Origin: an uncultured Alphaproteobacteria bacterium
GTDB taxonomy: Bacteria; Pseudomonadota; Alphaproteobacteria; CAVTAV01
Length of the DNA: 64,000 nucleotides
Assembly (NCBI GenBank): GCA_963822835.1
Contig: CAWGIZ010000012.1
Span: forward strand, 703-64,702
Direction of reading: 5' to 3'
The notes under the pieces were generated by a model. It worked only from the letters and a program-made list of their open reading frames with translations. It had not been told where the DNA came from and ran no database searches. This document shows positions 19,320-29,324 of this stretch, one piece after another; position 1 is the stretch's first letter, and the number at the start of each line of letters is the position of its first letter. The position numbers and the translations under genes were made by a program.

Positions 19320-20978
19320 GTGCTAGTCGACCAGGAGGTTGGATTGACACCTACAACGCCAAAGCGGAAGAACCGGGTGGTCGTCGGCAGCGGCTTGCCC
19401 GAATCGAACGGGCGGGGCGGGAAGCCGGACCAGGCCGTCGCCAGGGCGGTATCGCTGCACCTGGAAGGGCGGCGGGAGGAAGCTCTGCAAGAGTTGAACC
19501 GGGCGCTTGAAGAGGGTGTGAAAACCCCGGATCTTTACGCGGCCCTGGGTCACGTGCAGTTCGAACTCGACCAGTGGGAAGGGGCCGCGGACAGTTACCG
19601 CCAGCTTCTTGAAATGACCCCGGAGCACAACTCCGGGCGCTTGCATCTGGCCATGTCGCTGCAGAACCTGAAGCTTTGGAGCGAGGCCGCGGCCACGTAT
19701 CGGCAGACCCTGGACGCCGGAGAGGAGCGGCCCGCGAGCAAGCTCGGTCTGGCCACCTGCCTGCTCCATCTCGCCGAGCCCGCGGAGGCCTTGGGTTACT
19801 TCGACGACGTCATCCGCGTCCAGCCGGCGAACTCGCAGACGGTCTTCGGGAAGGCCGTCGCCCTGCACCAGCTTGAGCGGTTTGCGGAAGCCCGGGAGAT
19901 CTACGAGCAGATCCTCGCCGAAAATCCGGAGTCCGAGGACGCGCTCCGCAATGTCGTTGCCCTCGGGATTCGAACCCAGGACGCCGCTCTGGTTGAGAAG
20001 TACGCGGAAAAGCTATTGGGCCTCGACGGACAGGCTCTGCCCGCCCTGGCCGGCATGGCCGCCCAGGCCTTCGGTGCTGAGAACTACGGCAAGGCCGCCG
20101 AGTACTGTGAAAGCATTCTTGCATTGGCCCCGGAGGACTTCGAGGCCGCATTCAATTTAGGTGTCGCCCGCCAGAAGCTTGGCGCCTGGCAGGAAGCGGC
20201 GGAGGCCTACCAAAAGGCCGCCGCCATCAAGCCGGACGCCAAGCTCGCCCACCAGAACCTCGGCGCCGTACTCTCGGAAGCGGGTGATCTGGAAGGCGCC
20301 CGCCAGGCCTTTCAATCCGCCTTGGCCCTCGATTCAGATCTCACCGAATCCGCCGGGCAGCTGGCGTGGCTGCTGGAGAAGAGCGGCGAAACCGAAGAGG
20401 CGCAGAAGGTCTACGAAAGCCTGGCGGGGAACGAACGGCATGCTGGCTTCGCGAATTTCCGCCTCGGCGTCCTGCGCCTGGAGAAAGGCGACTACGCGGG
20501 CAGCATACACGCGCTGGAAGAGTGCTTCACGGCCGATGAAGCGCCCGCCGAAGCCGGCTGGTATCTGGGCCGGGCGTGCTGGTTGAGCGGAGACCGTGCC
20601 CGGGCCGAAGAGGTCTTCAGCGAGGTGCTGCAGCAACAGCCGGACTCGCTGGACGCCTTGCGCGCCTTGGCGGCGATCGCTCTCGAAGAAGAGAACAACG
20701 AACAGGCGCTGGAGCTTCATGAGCGGCTCTTTGCACTCGGAGACCGATCCTCCGAAGTCTGCTACAACACCGGATTACTTCACCAGGAACTCGGCCAGGA
20801 CGAGGACGCCATCCGGTATTACGAAGAGGCGGTCGGCCAGAACCCGGAGTTTGCCGAAGCCCTCCTGAATCTAGGCCACGCGCTACGCAAGGCCGGGCGG
20901 GACGACGAGGCGATCGCCCGTTGGCAGCGCGCCCTCGAACTGAAACCCGGTCTCGCCGCCGGTTACTTCACTCAGTAA
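19320..20978 (+). CDS. TPR-repeat protein
   Basis: 552 aa built of successive ~34-aa units (A..Y...L...P....A...LG..). GTG start. Confidence 0.75.
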   Translation: MLVDQEVGLTPTTPKRKNRVVVGSGLPESNGRGGKPDQAVARAVSLHLEGRREEALQELNRALEEGVKTPDLYAALGHVQFELDQWEGAADSYRQLLEMTPEHNSGRLHLAMSLQNLKLWSEAAATYRQTLDAGEERPASKLGLATCLLHLAEPAEALGYFDDVIRVQPANSQTVFGKAVALHQLERFAEAREIYEQILAENPESEDALRNVVALGIRTQDAALVEKYAEKLLGLDGQALPALAGMAAQAFGAENYGKAAEYCESILALAPEDFEAAFNLGVARQKLGAWQEAAEAYQKAAAIKPDAKLAHQNLGAVLSEAGDLEGARQAFQSALALDSDLTESAGQLAWLLEKSGETEEAQKVYESLAGNERHAGFANFRLGVLRLEKGDYAGSIHALEECFTADEAPAEAGWYLGRACWLSGDRARAEEVFSEVLQQQPDSLDALRALAAIALEEENNEQALELHERLFALGDRSSEVCYNTGLLHQELGQDEDAIRYYEEAVGQNPEFAEALLNLGHALRKAGRDDEAIARWQRALELKPGLAAGYFTQ

Positions 20979-21345
20979 CGCCGCCCGCGTTCCGGATCGC
21001 CGCCAGCAATTGCCGGACCGCATCGACGCAGAGGACAGCCGCGTGTCTCGATTCCGGCATCAACCCGCCGACGGCGCCGGTCACCATTTGGGAATCGATC
21101 GCGGCCAATTCCCGCGAGCTCTTTCCTTTCAATAGCTCTGTCAAGGCCGAACCAGCCGCTACCGAAGCCGTGCAGCCCTTGGTCTGGAATCGAGCCTCGG
21201 CCACTCGCCCGCTCTCCATCCGCACGGACAGTCGCATAAGGTCTCCGCAGGCCGGGTTCTCAACCTCAACAGAGATGGCTGGCGGGTCGAGCCGACCCAC
21301 GTTTCGCGGGTTCTTGAAGTGGTCGAGTAGTTGGGGGCTGTACAC
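20968..21345 (-). CDS. IscU/NifU/SufU-type Fe-S cluster scaffold protein
   Basis: YSPQLLDHFKNPRNVG, NPACGD, TKGCTAS and AAVLCVD conserved Cys ligand blocks. 125 aa. Confidence 0.8.
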   Translation of the reverse strand: MYSPQLLDHFKNPRNVGRLDPPAISVEVENPACGDLMRLSVRMESGRVAEARFQTKGCTASVAAGSALTELLKGKSSRELAAIDSQMVTGAVGGLMPESRHAAVLCVDAVRQLLAAIRNAGGVTE

Positions 21346-21413
21346 TATGGTTCAATAATTCCTAGGATGCCAGTTCGGCGCGGGTACGACTCTATTATCG
21401 GGCAGGAACGGAT

Positions 21414-21830
21414 TTGTCTGGGAATCACCTAGCGGCCATGGTCGTTGCCGGGCTGATCGAGCGGGAAGGGAAGATCCTCATCGGCCAGCGCCGGAAAGAC
21501 AAGCGCCACGCCCTCAAGTGGGAATTCCCCGGCGGCAAGGTAGAGCGGGGGGAGAGCCCGCGGGAAGCGCTGAGCCGCGAACTGCAAGAGGAACTCTCGA
21601 TCGACGCAAGAATCGGCCGGGAGATGATCCGCTACGAGTTCGCCTACCCGCGGCGCAAGCCGATTCTAATCATTTTTTACCGGGTGACGAGCTTCGAGGG
21701 AGCGCCGGCCAACTGCGTCTTCGAGCAGATCCGCTGGGAGGAGCCGGAGAGGTTCCCCGAATACGATTTTCTGGACGGTGATTTCGACTTCATCCGGCGC
21801 CTGAACCGCGGCGAGTTTCAGGGACGCTAG
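21414..21830 (+). CDS. NUDIX hydrolase (MutT-like)
   Basis: Nudix box GGKVERGESPREALSRELQEELSI. 138 aa. An alternative start is possible at the ATG ~21438. Confidence 0.8.
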   Translation: MSGNHLAAMVVAGLIEREGKILIGQRRKDKRHALKWEFPGGKVERGESPREALSRELQEELSIDARIGREMIRYEFAYPRRKPILIIFYRVTSFEGAPANCVFEQIRWEEPERFPEYDFLDGDFDFIRRLNRGEFQGR

Positions 21831-22510
21831 CGGACTGGAAGCTGAAACGGGATGTTCCGTTCGCGATTGAGGCGTTCCGAGAGCTTTCGGTCGACCTTCT
21901 CCACCGGCGCGCTGTTCTCGGAACCGTGGGTCGTCGTAAAATGCAGTGTCCCGTCTTCCACGTGGTAATCGGTAGCCGCGAAAATCGTCTGATCGTCGAA
22001 AGCGATCAGGTAGATGGCGGGCTCTTCCTCGGTCCCCGGGGTTGCGCCGGACTGAGCGCGAACTGGGGCGTGATACGCCCGCATGCCTTGCGGTTCGGGC
22101 AGGTCCCCATCGCCGTAGTTCTTGATGACCGGCTCCGCCTCCGGCGCCTTGTAGTATTGGTTAATAATGACCGGCGGCTGCGGCGGTTGAATGTTTTGCA
22201 CCGTGACATGCATCCTCTGCGGTTCCCTGGGTCCCCAGCCCCAACCCCAGGGTCCGTAGCCGAACATCGGTATTGCTCCCACAACCCGAGGCCCCGCGGA
22301 CGGTCTCGGATGCGAGGGCGCCGTCTCACCAGAACCTCCGAGCTGGCCGCTGATGTTCTTCCCCAATTGATACGGGAATGTGTTGACGTACCCCGGCGTG
22401 GGACCGTAGGATGGACCCACCGCGCTGGCCGGGCCGATCCCGCCCACCTGAGCCATCGCTAAAGCCCCGGCAAATAGCGCCAACCCGAATACGATGATTA
22501 CACGTCGCAT
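21827..22510 (-). CDS. hypothetical secreted protein (Pro/Gly/Trp-rich middle, conserved C-terminal domain)
   Basis: Signal peptide MRRVIIVFGLALFAGALAMAQ. No recognised catalytic motif. Confidence 0.45.
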   Translation of the reverse strand: MRRVIIVFGLALFAGALAMAQVGGIGPASAVGPSYGPTPGYVNTFPYQLGKNISGQLGGSGETAPSHPRPSAGPRVVGAIPMFGYGPWGWGWGPREPQRMHVTVQNIQPPQPPVIINQYYKAPEAEPVIKNYGDGDLPEPQGMRAYHAPVRAQSGATPGTEEEPAIYLIAFDDQTIFAATDYHVEDGTLHFTTTHGSENSAPVEKVDRKLSERLNRERNIPFQLPVR

Positions 22511-22658
22511 TCAAGTCACCTGTCTAGAGCTTATCCCCGACTATTGTTGGGATGCAAGGGCTCTGCATTGTGTTCAGCTATTTTCGGAACTTTCGTAGCA
22601 TCGGCGTGCGTTCCCGAGAGCGGAGAGCAAATCGGACCCCGTGTTACGATAGAGAATT

Positions 22659-22765
22659 GCCGGGCCCCGGGCTCTGTGCAATGAGCGGCTGTGAACTCCG
22701 CCAGATCCGGAAGGAAGCAACGGCAGCAGTTTTGCTTGTGTGCCGCGGATCACCCGGGGCTCGGC
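22659..22765 (+). ncRNA. ffs: signal recognition particle RNA (small/4.5S type)
   Basis: 5' GCCGGGCCCCGGG pairs with 3' CCCGGGGCUCGGC over 13 bp (one G-U). The conserved domain IV core is CCAGAUCCGGAAGGAAGCAAC, with GGGCUCUGU and GUGUGCCGCGGAU flanks as in E. coli 4.5S RNA. The position immediately upstream of dnaX is classic. Confidence 0.85.
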
Positions 22766-22786
22766 AATGCAGTCGTCCCGATCCCG

Positions 22787-24453
22787 ATGTACCAGGTACT
22801 CGCCCGCAAATATCGGCCCCGCACCTTCCCGGAACTGATCGGGCAGGAGCACGTCCGGACCACGCTCGAAAACGCCATCTCGCAGGAGCGGATCGCCCAC
22901 GGCTATATCTTTTCCGGACAGCGCGGCACCGGCAAGACGACGGTGGCGCGAATCCTGGCGGGCTGCCTCAACTGCGCCGAAGGCCCCACTCCCACGCCCT
23001 GCGGCAAGTGCGCCAGTTGCGCCGAGGTGGCCGGCGGCGGTTCGGTCGATGTCATTGAAATCGACGCCGCTTCGAACCGTGGCATCAACGAGATGCGGGA
23101 GCTCCGCGAGAGCATCCGCTACCGCCCGGCAAGGGATCGCTACAAAGTCTTCATCATCGACGAAGCCCACCAGATCACCACGGAGGCCTTCAACGCGTTG
23201 CTGAAGACCCTGGAAGAGCCGCCCGAGTGGGTGGTCTTCGTGCTTTGCACAACCGAGGCTCACAAGATCCCGACGACCATCGCTTCGCGCTGCCAACAGT
23301 TTTCCTTCCGCTCGGTGGATTTCAATGAGGTCGTCGGCCGGATGAGATGGATCTGCGAGCAGGAAGGAATTGAGGCGGAGGAGGAAGCCCTGGCCGTGCT
23401 TGGCCAGAGCGGCGAGGGCAGCGTTCGGGATTCCCTTTCGGCGCTGGACCAGGCGATCGCCTGCTGTGGCGCCAAACTCGACGCCGCCGAAGTCCGGCAA
23501 TTGCTGGGCATGTTCTCGCTCGAGTCCTTGCACGAGGTGACAGCCGCGCTCGAGCAGAGCGATTCCCGGCAGATGCTGGAAATCGTCCAGGAGTTGGAGA
23601 GAAACGGACGGAACCTGCAGCACTTCTGCCGCGAACTCGCGCGTTACTTCCGCAATCTCCTGGTGACCAAGGTCGCGGGGGCGGAAACGACGCTAATCAC
23701 CGGCCACCGAGCGCGAACAGGCGCGTCTTTCAGAAATTGCGGCCTCGTTCACGGAAGAGGATCTCACGCGCTATCTCCAACTCACCCTCGATCTGTTCCG
23801 CGAATTACAATTTTCGCTGCAACCGCGTTTGCATCTGGAACTCGGTCTGTTGCGGCTGGTTCATGCCGGGCGGCTGGTGTCGATCGAAGAGGCTATCGCG
23901 CAGTCGGGCGGAGGGAGCCCGCCGCCGCCCGCGCCCAAGCCACGGAAGGAGAGCCCGGCTCCGGCGAGAGCAGGCCCGGCAAGCGCAATCGTCCACCCGC
24001 CCTTTCAAAGCGCCGAAGGTTTCACCGGCCCCGGCCGCGGCGAAAGAGGCCGAGCCGCCCAAGGCGGCTCCCGATGCCCCCGCGGACGCCTCGGCCTGGA
24101 AGGACCGCCTGCTCGCTGAGGCTCTGGATCGAGGCCTGACCTTCATTGCCGACGCGCTGGAACACGCCGAAATCTCCGAGAGCGGCGGAGAGCTGAAACT
24201 GATAGCGTCGCGGGAGTTCTGCCTGGCGCTGCGCTCGAAAGATATGGAGAAGATCGCCCGGCAGGTGGCCGGCCGGCTGGTTAGGATTTCGGTGGAGGTG
24301 GGCGAGGCTCCGCCGGCGCCGGATCCCGGGGAAGTTCGCGTTCAGGCGGACGGCGAAGCCGAACAGCGGGCCATGGCTCACCCGGAGGTGAAGCGTTTCC
24401 AGGAGGTCTTCTCCGGGAGCCAGGTAAGAGTGATTCGAAATCTGAAACAATGA
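22787..24453 (+). CDS. dnaX: DNA polymerase III subunit gamma/tau; two frame breaks (23697-23707 and within 23920-24020)
   Basis: MYQVLARKYRPRTF, Walker A GQRGTGKTT, zinc module CGKCASCAEV, and FIIDEAHQIT. The protein continues in frame 0 (TEREQARLSEIAASFTEEDLTRYLQLTLDLF..) and then frame 1 (..AWKDRLLAEALDRGLTFIADAL..VRVIRNLKQ). Confidence 0.85.
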
Positions 24454-24481
24454 GGGCGAGGAAGGGCGGCGAAGGAGAGCC

Positions 24482-24790
24482 ATGAAACTACCGGGTAATA
24501 TGCAGAACATGATGAAGCAGGCCCAGCAAATGCAGGAGCGCTTGCAGGAACAGATCGCCCAGATCCGCGTCGAAGCCACCGCGGGCGGCGGCATGGTTAC
24601 GGTGAAAATGGACGGGCAGAAGAACGTGCTCGGGGTCACAATCGATGAGGAAGTGGCCGGCGACGTCGAGATGCTGCAGGACATGATGATGGCCGCCTTC
24701 AATGAAGCCGCGAAGAAGGTCGACGACGAGGCCAAGCAGAAGATGGGCGGCATGCTGGGCGGCATGGGTTTGCCTCCAGGACTTCTCTAA
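24482..24790 (+). CDS. ybaB: YbaB/EbfC nucleoid-associated protein
   Basis: NMQNMMKQAQQMQERLQE..GGGMVTVKMDG..LQDMMMAAFNEA. 102 aa. Follows dnaX. Confidence 0.9.
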   Translation: MKLPGNMQNMMKQAQQMQERLQEQIAQIRVEATAGGGMVTVKMDGQKNVLGVTIDEEVAGDVEMLQDMMMAAFNEAAKKVDDEAKQKMGGMLGGMGLPPGLL

Positions 24791-24808
24791 GGACTCGCTT
24801 CCAGCCAT

Positions 24809-25408
24809 ATGCCCGATTTTGCCGAACCATTGGCGAACCTGATCGAGGAATTCAAACGGCTGCCCGGAATCGGCCAGAAGTCCGCCCAACGGCTCGCCTT
24901 TCACGTCTTGCGGGCTGAGCGAGAGGGCGTGGCGCGCCTGGCGCAATCGCTGCTGGACGTCAAGGACAAGCTCGGCATCTGTTCCACCTGCAACAACATC
25001 AGCGATGGGGAACTGTGCCCGTACTGCCGGGACTCCCACCGCGACGGTGCCCAGATCTGCGTCGTCGAGGAGCCCCACAACATTCTTCCCATCGAGACCA
25101 CACGCACCTTTGGAGGACTCTACCACGTGCTGCACGGTTCGATTTCGCCGTTGCGCGGGGTGGGCCCGGAGCAGCTCAAGATCAAGAGCCTGCTGGAGCG
25201 GTTGGAGTCCGGAGAAGTCGAGGAAATCATCCTGGCGACGAATCCGACCGTCGAAGGTGAGGCGACGGCGGCCTATCTGTCGCGGCTGCTGAAACCGTTG
25301 GGGCTGAAGGTCACACGCATCGCTCTCGGCGTGCCCGTCGGCAGCGATCTGGAATTCGCCGATGAGGTGACGATGTCGAAGTCTCTCGAAAACCGCCGGG
25401 AGATGTAG
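24809..25408 (+). CDS. recR: recombination protein RecR
   Basis: [15 protein letters not shown] helix-hairpin-helix. C4 zinc finger CSTCNN..CPYC. Toprim [12 protein letters not shown]. Confidence 0.9.
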   Translation: MPDFAEPLANLIEEFKRLPGIGQKSAQRLAFHVLRAEREGVARLAQSLLDVKDKLGICSTCNNISDGELCPYCRDSHRDGAQICVVEEPHNILPIETTRTFGGLYHVLHGSISPLRGVGPEQLKIKSLLERLESGEVEEIILATNPTVEGEATAAYLSRLLKPLGLKVTRIALGVPVGSDLEFADEVTMSKSLENRREM

Positions 25409-25528
25409 GCCGGTCAACGCATCAGGAGCGCTTCTCAGACGCCAGTCCAGCCCCACTCCAGCCGGAAGCCGCGGGCAAAGCGGGTGAGCCCGGAATTCCG
25501 GGCCACCGGTCTGCCTTAAGATCAAGAT

Positions 25529-27079
25529 ATGGGCTTTCGAGCACTGGCGGTGTGGGTGTGTCTGGCTGGAACGGTTTGCGCTCAGGTTTCGCCGGGTGTG
25601 GCCGCGCGGCAGTGGCGGGAAATGCATGAGCGGATCATCCTGGACGAGTTCGTCGATTTGCTGCGGATCCCGAACTCCGGGCAGGATTCGGCCACGATGC
25701 GGCGCAATGCCGAAATGATCGCCCGCATGTTCGCCCGCCGGGGCGTTGACATGCGCCTCATCGAACTGAATGGAGCGCCCCCCATCGTCTATGGGGAACG
25801 GATCGAAGCAGACGCCACGCAGACTCTGGTCTTCTACGCCCACTACGACGGCCATGCCGTTGATCCGAGCGCCTGGAATACGGGCGACCCCTTCAAGCCG
25901 ACGCTGATGAGCGGATCGCTCGAAACAGGAGGCCAACCGATCCCGCTGCCGCGGCCGGGTTGGCCGTCCGACCCGGAATGGCGGCTCTACGCCCGCTCGG
26001 CCGCCGATGACAAGGCCGCCATACTTGCCATGGCGGTGGCTCTGGAAGCTGTGCAGAATCGGAGCACGCCGATCCACTCCAATCTGAAATTCGTCTTCGA
26101 AGGGGAACAGGAGAAGGGTTCTGTTAATTTGGCCCGGGCGATCGCGGAAAACCGCGCCTTGTTCGCCGCCGACGTCTGGTTCGACTGCGATGGCACGCTA
26201 CTTCCAAATCGCCAGCAGCAGATTATCTTCGGGGCGCGCGGGATTGTCGGATTGGATTTGACCGTATACGGTCCGAGGCGGCAATTGGACAGCGGGGACT
26301 TCGGAAGCTGGGCGCCGAACCCCGCGATGATGCTGGCGGAACTGCTCGCTTCGTTCAAGGATGAGAATGGGCACGTATTCGTGGACGGCTTCTACGACGA
26401 CGTCCAACCGCTCAAGGAAGCGGACTTGCAAGCAATCGCTGAATCGCCGGACTACGGAAAGACACTGAAGCGGGAGTTGTGGTTGCCAGAAACGGATCCG
26501 AAGGACCGGCGGCTGGAAGAGGCCCTGAGCTTGCCGTCATTGAACCTTCGCGGCATGATTGCGGGAATGGTGGGACCGGAAGCGAAAGATATCATCCCGG
26601 CCACCGCCAGCGCCTCATTGGACGTACGCCTGGTGAGAGGGATGGACCATACGCGAACCATGAGGCGCATCGTCGAACATATCCGCAAGCAAGGGTATTT
26701 CGTGACGGAGACAGAGCCGGGTGAAGAGATCCGGCTGGCCAATCGCAGAGTGTGCAAGGTGAGCCAGCGCGGCGGGTACAACGCTGTCAAGACCCCGATC
26801 GATTCTGAACTGGCGCAGCGCGTCATTGCCGCGGTGGAGCGCGCGCGCGGCCCGGTGATCAAGCTGCCGACCATGGGCGGGAGCCTTCCTCTGTATGCGA
26901 TCGAGCAGTCACTGGGGGCGCGTGTCGTAATGATTCCGATAGCCAATCACGACAGCAATATTCACGGCGCCAATGAAAACCTGCGGCTGCAGAGTCTGTG
27001 GGATGGCATCGAGACGATGGCCGCTTTGCTGGCGCTTGATCCGCCGGCGGAAAAGCCGTCTCGTCCCATTCGGCGCTGA
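25529..27079 (+). CDS. secreted M20-family metallopeptidase/dipeptidase
   Basis: Signal peptide. Blocks LVFYAHYDGH, ARSAADDKAAI, FVFEGEQEKGS and IPIANHDSNIHGANE. Intact 516 aa. Confidence 0.8.
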   Translation: MGFRALAVWVCLAGTVCAQVSPGVAARQWREMHERIILDEFVDLLRIPNSGQDSATMRRNAEMIARMFARRGVDMRLIELNGAPPIVYGERIEADATQTLVFYAHYDGHAVDPSAWNTGDPFKPTLMSGSLETGGQPIPLPRPGWPSDPEWRLYARSAADDKAAILAMAVALEAVQNRSTPIHSNLKFVFEGEQEKGSVNLARAIAENRALFAADVWFDCDGTLLPNRQQQIIFGARGIVGLDLTVYGPRRQLDSGDFGSWAPNPAMMLAELLASFKDENGHVFVDGFYDDVQPLKEADLQAIAESPDYGKTLKRELWLPETDPKDRRLEEALSLPSLNLRGMIAGMVGPEAKDIIPATASASLDVRLVRGMDHTRTMRRIVEHIRKQGYFVTETEPGEEIRLANRRVCKVSQRGGYNAVKTPIDSELAQRVIAAVERARGPVIKLPTMGGSLPLYAIEQSLGARVVMIPIANHDSNIHGANENLRLQSLWDGIETMAALLALDPPAEKPSRPIRR

Positions 27080-27099
27080 GCCGGGGTTTCCCGATCCGC

Positions 27100-27906
27100 T
27101 TAATCTTGCTTGAGTTGCGAGGCGATCCGTTTCGCCGCCGACAGGAAGATGTGTGCGTCCACGCTGACCGCCAGGTAGGTGACGCCCGCTTTCCGCCACT
27201 CCATTGCCACGCGCACGTCGTCGCAGTACGTGCCGACCGCGATTTTTTTGCCCTCGGCCTGACGGAGCACCTGGCGCATCTTTTCCTTAATCAGAGGACT
27301 CTGGACCATCCCCGGGATACCGAGGCTCTGAGAGAGGTCGTAGGGGCCGACAAAGGCGACATCGACGCCGTCGACCGCAGCAATGTCTTCAAACGCCGCC
27401 ACGCCTTCCTTGCCCTCGATATGGAGGACGATCACCGTATCTTCATTGGCTTCTGCGAGGTACTCGGCCGTTGGATAGGAGCGATAGCTGGCGCCGCGGA
27501 CGAATGGTTGCATCCCGCGATCGCCGCGAGGGTGGAACGAGGCGGACCGCACGGCGAGTCGGGCCATCTCCGCGGAATTGATTTGGGGCACATGGATACC
27601 GCCGGCGCCCATGTCGAGAGGTCGGCGGATGGCGATCGGGTCGCAGCTGGCCACGCGGACCAGCGGACAGATGCCGGTCGAGGCCGCCGCGCGGATGAGT
27701 TCCTCGGTCCGCTCCAGGCCGATCGCGCCGTGCTCGCAGTCGATGACGACGAAATCGAAACCGGCGAGACCCAGCAGTTCCACAAGTTGTGGCGATGGGA
27801 TTTCCAGGAACGTCCCAACGACATAGCCGCGCGCTTCATACTTGCCGGAGAGGAGGCTTCTTCTCAAGCCCTTTTGGCGTTCCAGGGGAAGAATCGGATC
27901 ACTCAT
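27100..27906 (-). CDS. HpcH/HpaI-family aldolase
   Basis: FDFVVIDCEHG, the PLVRV..P segment and VGPYDLSQSLG blocks. Start taken at MSDPILPL. Confidence 0.8.
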   Translation of the reverse strand: MSDPILPLERQKGLRRSLLSGKYEARGYVVGTFLEIPSPQLVELLGLAGFDFVVIDCEHGAIGLERTEELIRAAASTGICPLVRVASCDPIAIRRPLDMGAGGIHVPQINSAEMARLAVRSASFHPRGDRGMQPFVRGASYRSYPTAEYLAEANEDTVIVLHIEGKEGVAAFEDIAAVDGVDVAFVGPYDLSQSLGIPGMVQSPLIKEKMRQVLRQAEGKKIAVGTYCDDVRVAMEWRKAGVTYLAVSVDAHIFLSAAKRIASQLKQD

Positions 27907-27947
27907 TGCAAAAATGCTCAAAGGCGAAGTATAACAGAGAGACCAAA

Positions 27948-29324
27948 TTGCCACGCCGCAGCCAACCGCTAAACCGCCGCTCTTTCCTCACCGCTGCCGC
28001 CGGTCTGGGCGTGGCCTGCTCGCAACAGGCGGCGCGCCGGCCGGCCAACATCGTCATCCTTCTGGCCGACGATCTCGGCTATGGAGACCTCTCCTCCTAC
28101 GGTTGTCCGGACATCCAGACGCCGCACATTGACGCAATCGGCGCCCGGGGCGTGCGGTTCACGCATTGCTATGCGAACGCACCCGAATGCACGCCGACGC
28201 GTACAGCATTGCTCACTGGCCGCTATCAGCAGCGGGTGGGCGGACTCGAGTGCGCCATCGGCGTCGGCAACGTCGGGCGCTATGACGAGGCCGCGTGGCT
28301 TGCCGAACGGGGTGAGTTGGGCCTGCCAGCCGGCGAGGCGACGCTCGGACGCATCTTTCACAAGAACGGCTATGATACAGCTTGCATCGGCAAATGGCAT
28401 CTAGGCTACCTCGACAAGTTCTCTCCCAATCGCCACGGCTTTGATGAGTACTTTGGCATCCTCGGCGGCAATGCCGACTACTTCCGCCACCGCGAGCAGG
28501 GCGGCGGGCCTGTGCTCTACCGCAACGGCCAACCGGTCGAGCGTGAAGGCTACTTCACGGACTTGGCGGCGGACCATGCCGTCGACTGGCTAGCCGGACG
28601 GGGCTCGAAGCCTTTCTTGCTTTACCTGCCGTTCACCGCTCCGCATACTCCGCTCCAAGGCCCCGGCGACTCCGGTAAACCGGTCACCGATTCAAATTGG
28701 AATCAGGGGGATCGGGCGACGTACGCGCGCATGGTCGAAAGCATGGACGCGGGGGTTGGCCGGGTGCTGGCCCAACTCGACCGTATGGGCGCGGCGGACA
28801 ACACGCTGGTCATTTTCCTGAGTGACAACGGAGGATACGCCCTGAGCCGCAATGACCCGTTTCGCGGGCGAAAGGGAACGCTGTGGGAAGGGGGCATCAG
28901 GGTCCCCTGCATGATGCGTTGGCCGGGCGTCATCCCGGAGGCGGCAACGACGAGCCAGGTGAGCCTTACCATGGACATGCTTCCAACGCTTCTGGCAGCG
29001 GTGGACATTCCAGCGGCGCCGGAACGCAAGCTCGATGGAGTCAATCTGCTGCCGGTTCTCAAGGGGGAGCGGGCGCCCATTGTCCGTACGGTTTACTTCC
29101 GCTACAAGCGGCTCGACAACCGGCGACAGGCCGTCATTCACGGGCACATGAAGTACCTTTGGAATAATGGCGGCGAGTATCTGTACAATCTTGCCGGAGA
29201 CGTGCATGAAGATGAGAACCTGATGGCCGAATTCCCTGGAGTCGCCGCCGAATTGAAGGACAAGCTCGCGGAATGGGAGCAGGAAGTGCGCGCGCCGCGG
29301 CTGGCCGGTTTCAGCGCGGGCTAG
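27948..29324 (+). CDS. Cys-type sulfatase with Tat-like signal (TTG start inferred)
   Basis: LNRRSFLTAAAGLGVA, LLADDLGYGDLSSYG, FGly motif CTPTRTALLTGRY, and IFLSDNGG. There is no ATG between the upstream stop and the signal, so TTG at 27948 is proposed. Confidence 0.8.
   Translation: MPRRSQPLNRRSFLTAAAGLGVACSQQAARRPANIVILLADDLGYGDLSSYGCPDIQTPHIDAIGARGVRFTHCYANAPECTPTRTALLTGRYQQRVGGLECAIGVGNVGRYDEAAWLAERGELGLPAGEATLGRIFHKNGYDTACIGKWHLGYLDKFSPNRHGFDEYFGILGGNADYFRHREQGGGPVLYRNGQPVEREGYFTDLAADHAVDWLAGRGSKPFLLYLPFTAPHTPLQGPGDSGKPVTDSNWNQGDRATYARMVESMDAGVGRVLAQLDRMGAADNTLVIFLSDNGGYALSRNDPFRGRKGTLWEGGIRVPCMMRWPGVIPEAATTSQVSLTMDMLPTLLAAVDIPAAPERKLDGVNLLPVLKGERAPIVRTVYFRYKRLDNRRQAVIHGHMKYLWNNGGEYLYNLAGDVHEDENLMAEFPGVAAELKDKLAEWEQEVRAPRLAGFSAG

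Noticed and set aside
22691-22786. N-terminal extension of the dnaX ORF in the track (start at 22691)
   Set aside because: The extension overlaps the SRP RNA gene (22659-22765). The canonical DnaX N-terminus MYQVLARKYRP starts at 22787.
25488-25503. Perfect 16-bp palindrome GCCCGGAATTCCGGGC between recR and the M20 peptidase gene
   Set aside because: It is a single occurrence with no T tract after it, so it is not a convincing terminator. I could find no second copy or half-site array that would suggest an operator.
24488-26077. 529-aa minus-strand ORF spanning ybaB, recR and the M20 peptidase
   Set aside because: It crosses three confidently called plus-strand genes and two intergenic regions. 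The translation is low-complexity, so this is a GC-driven artefact.
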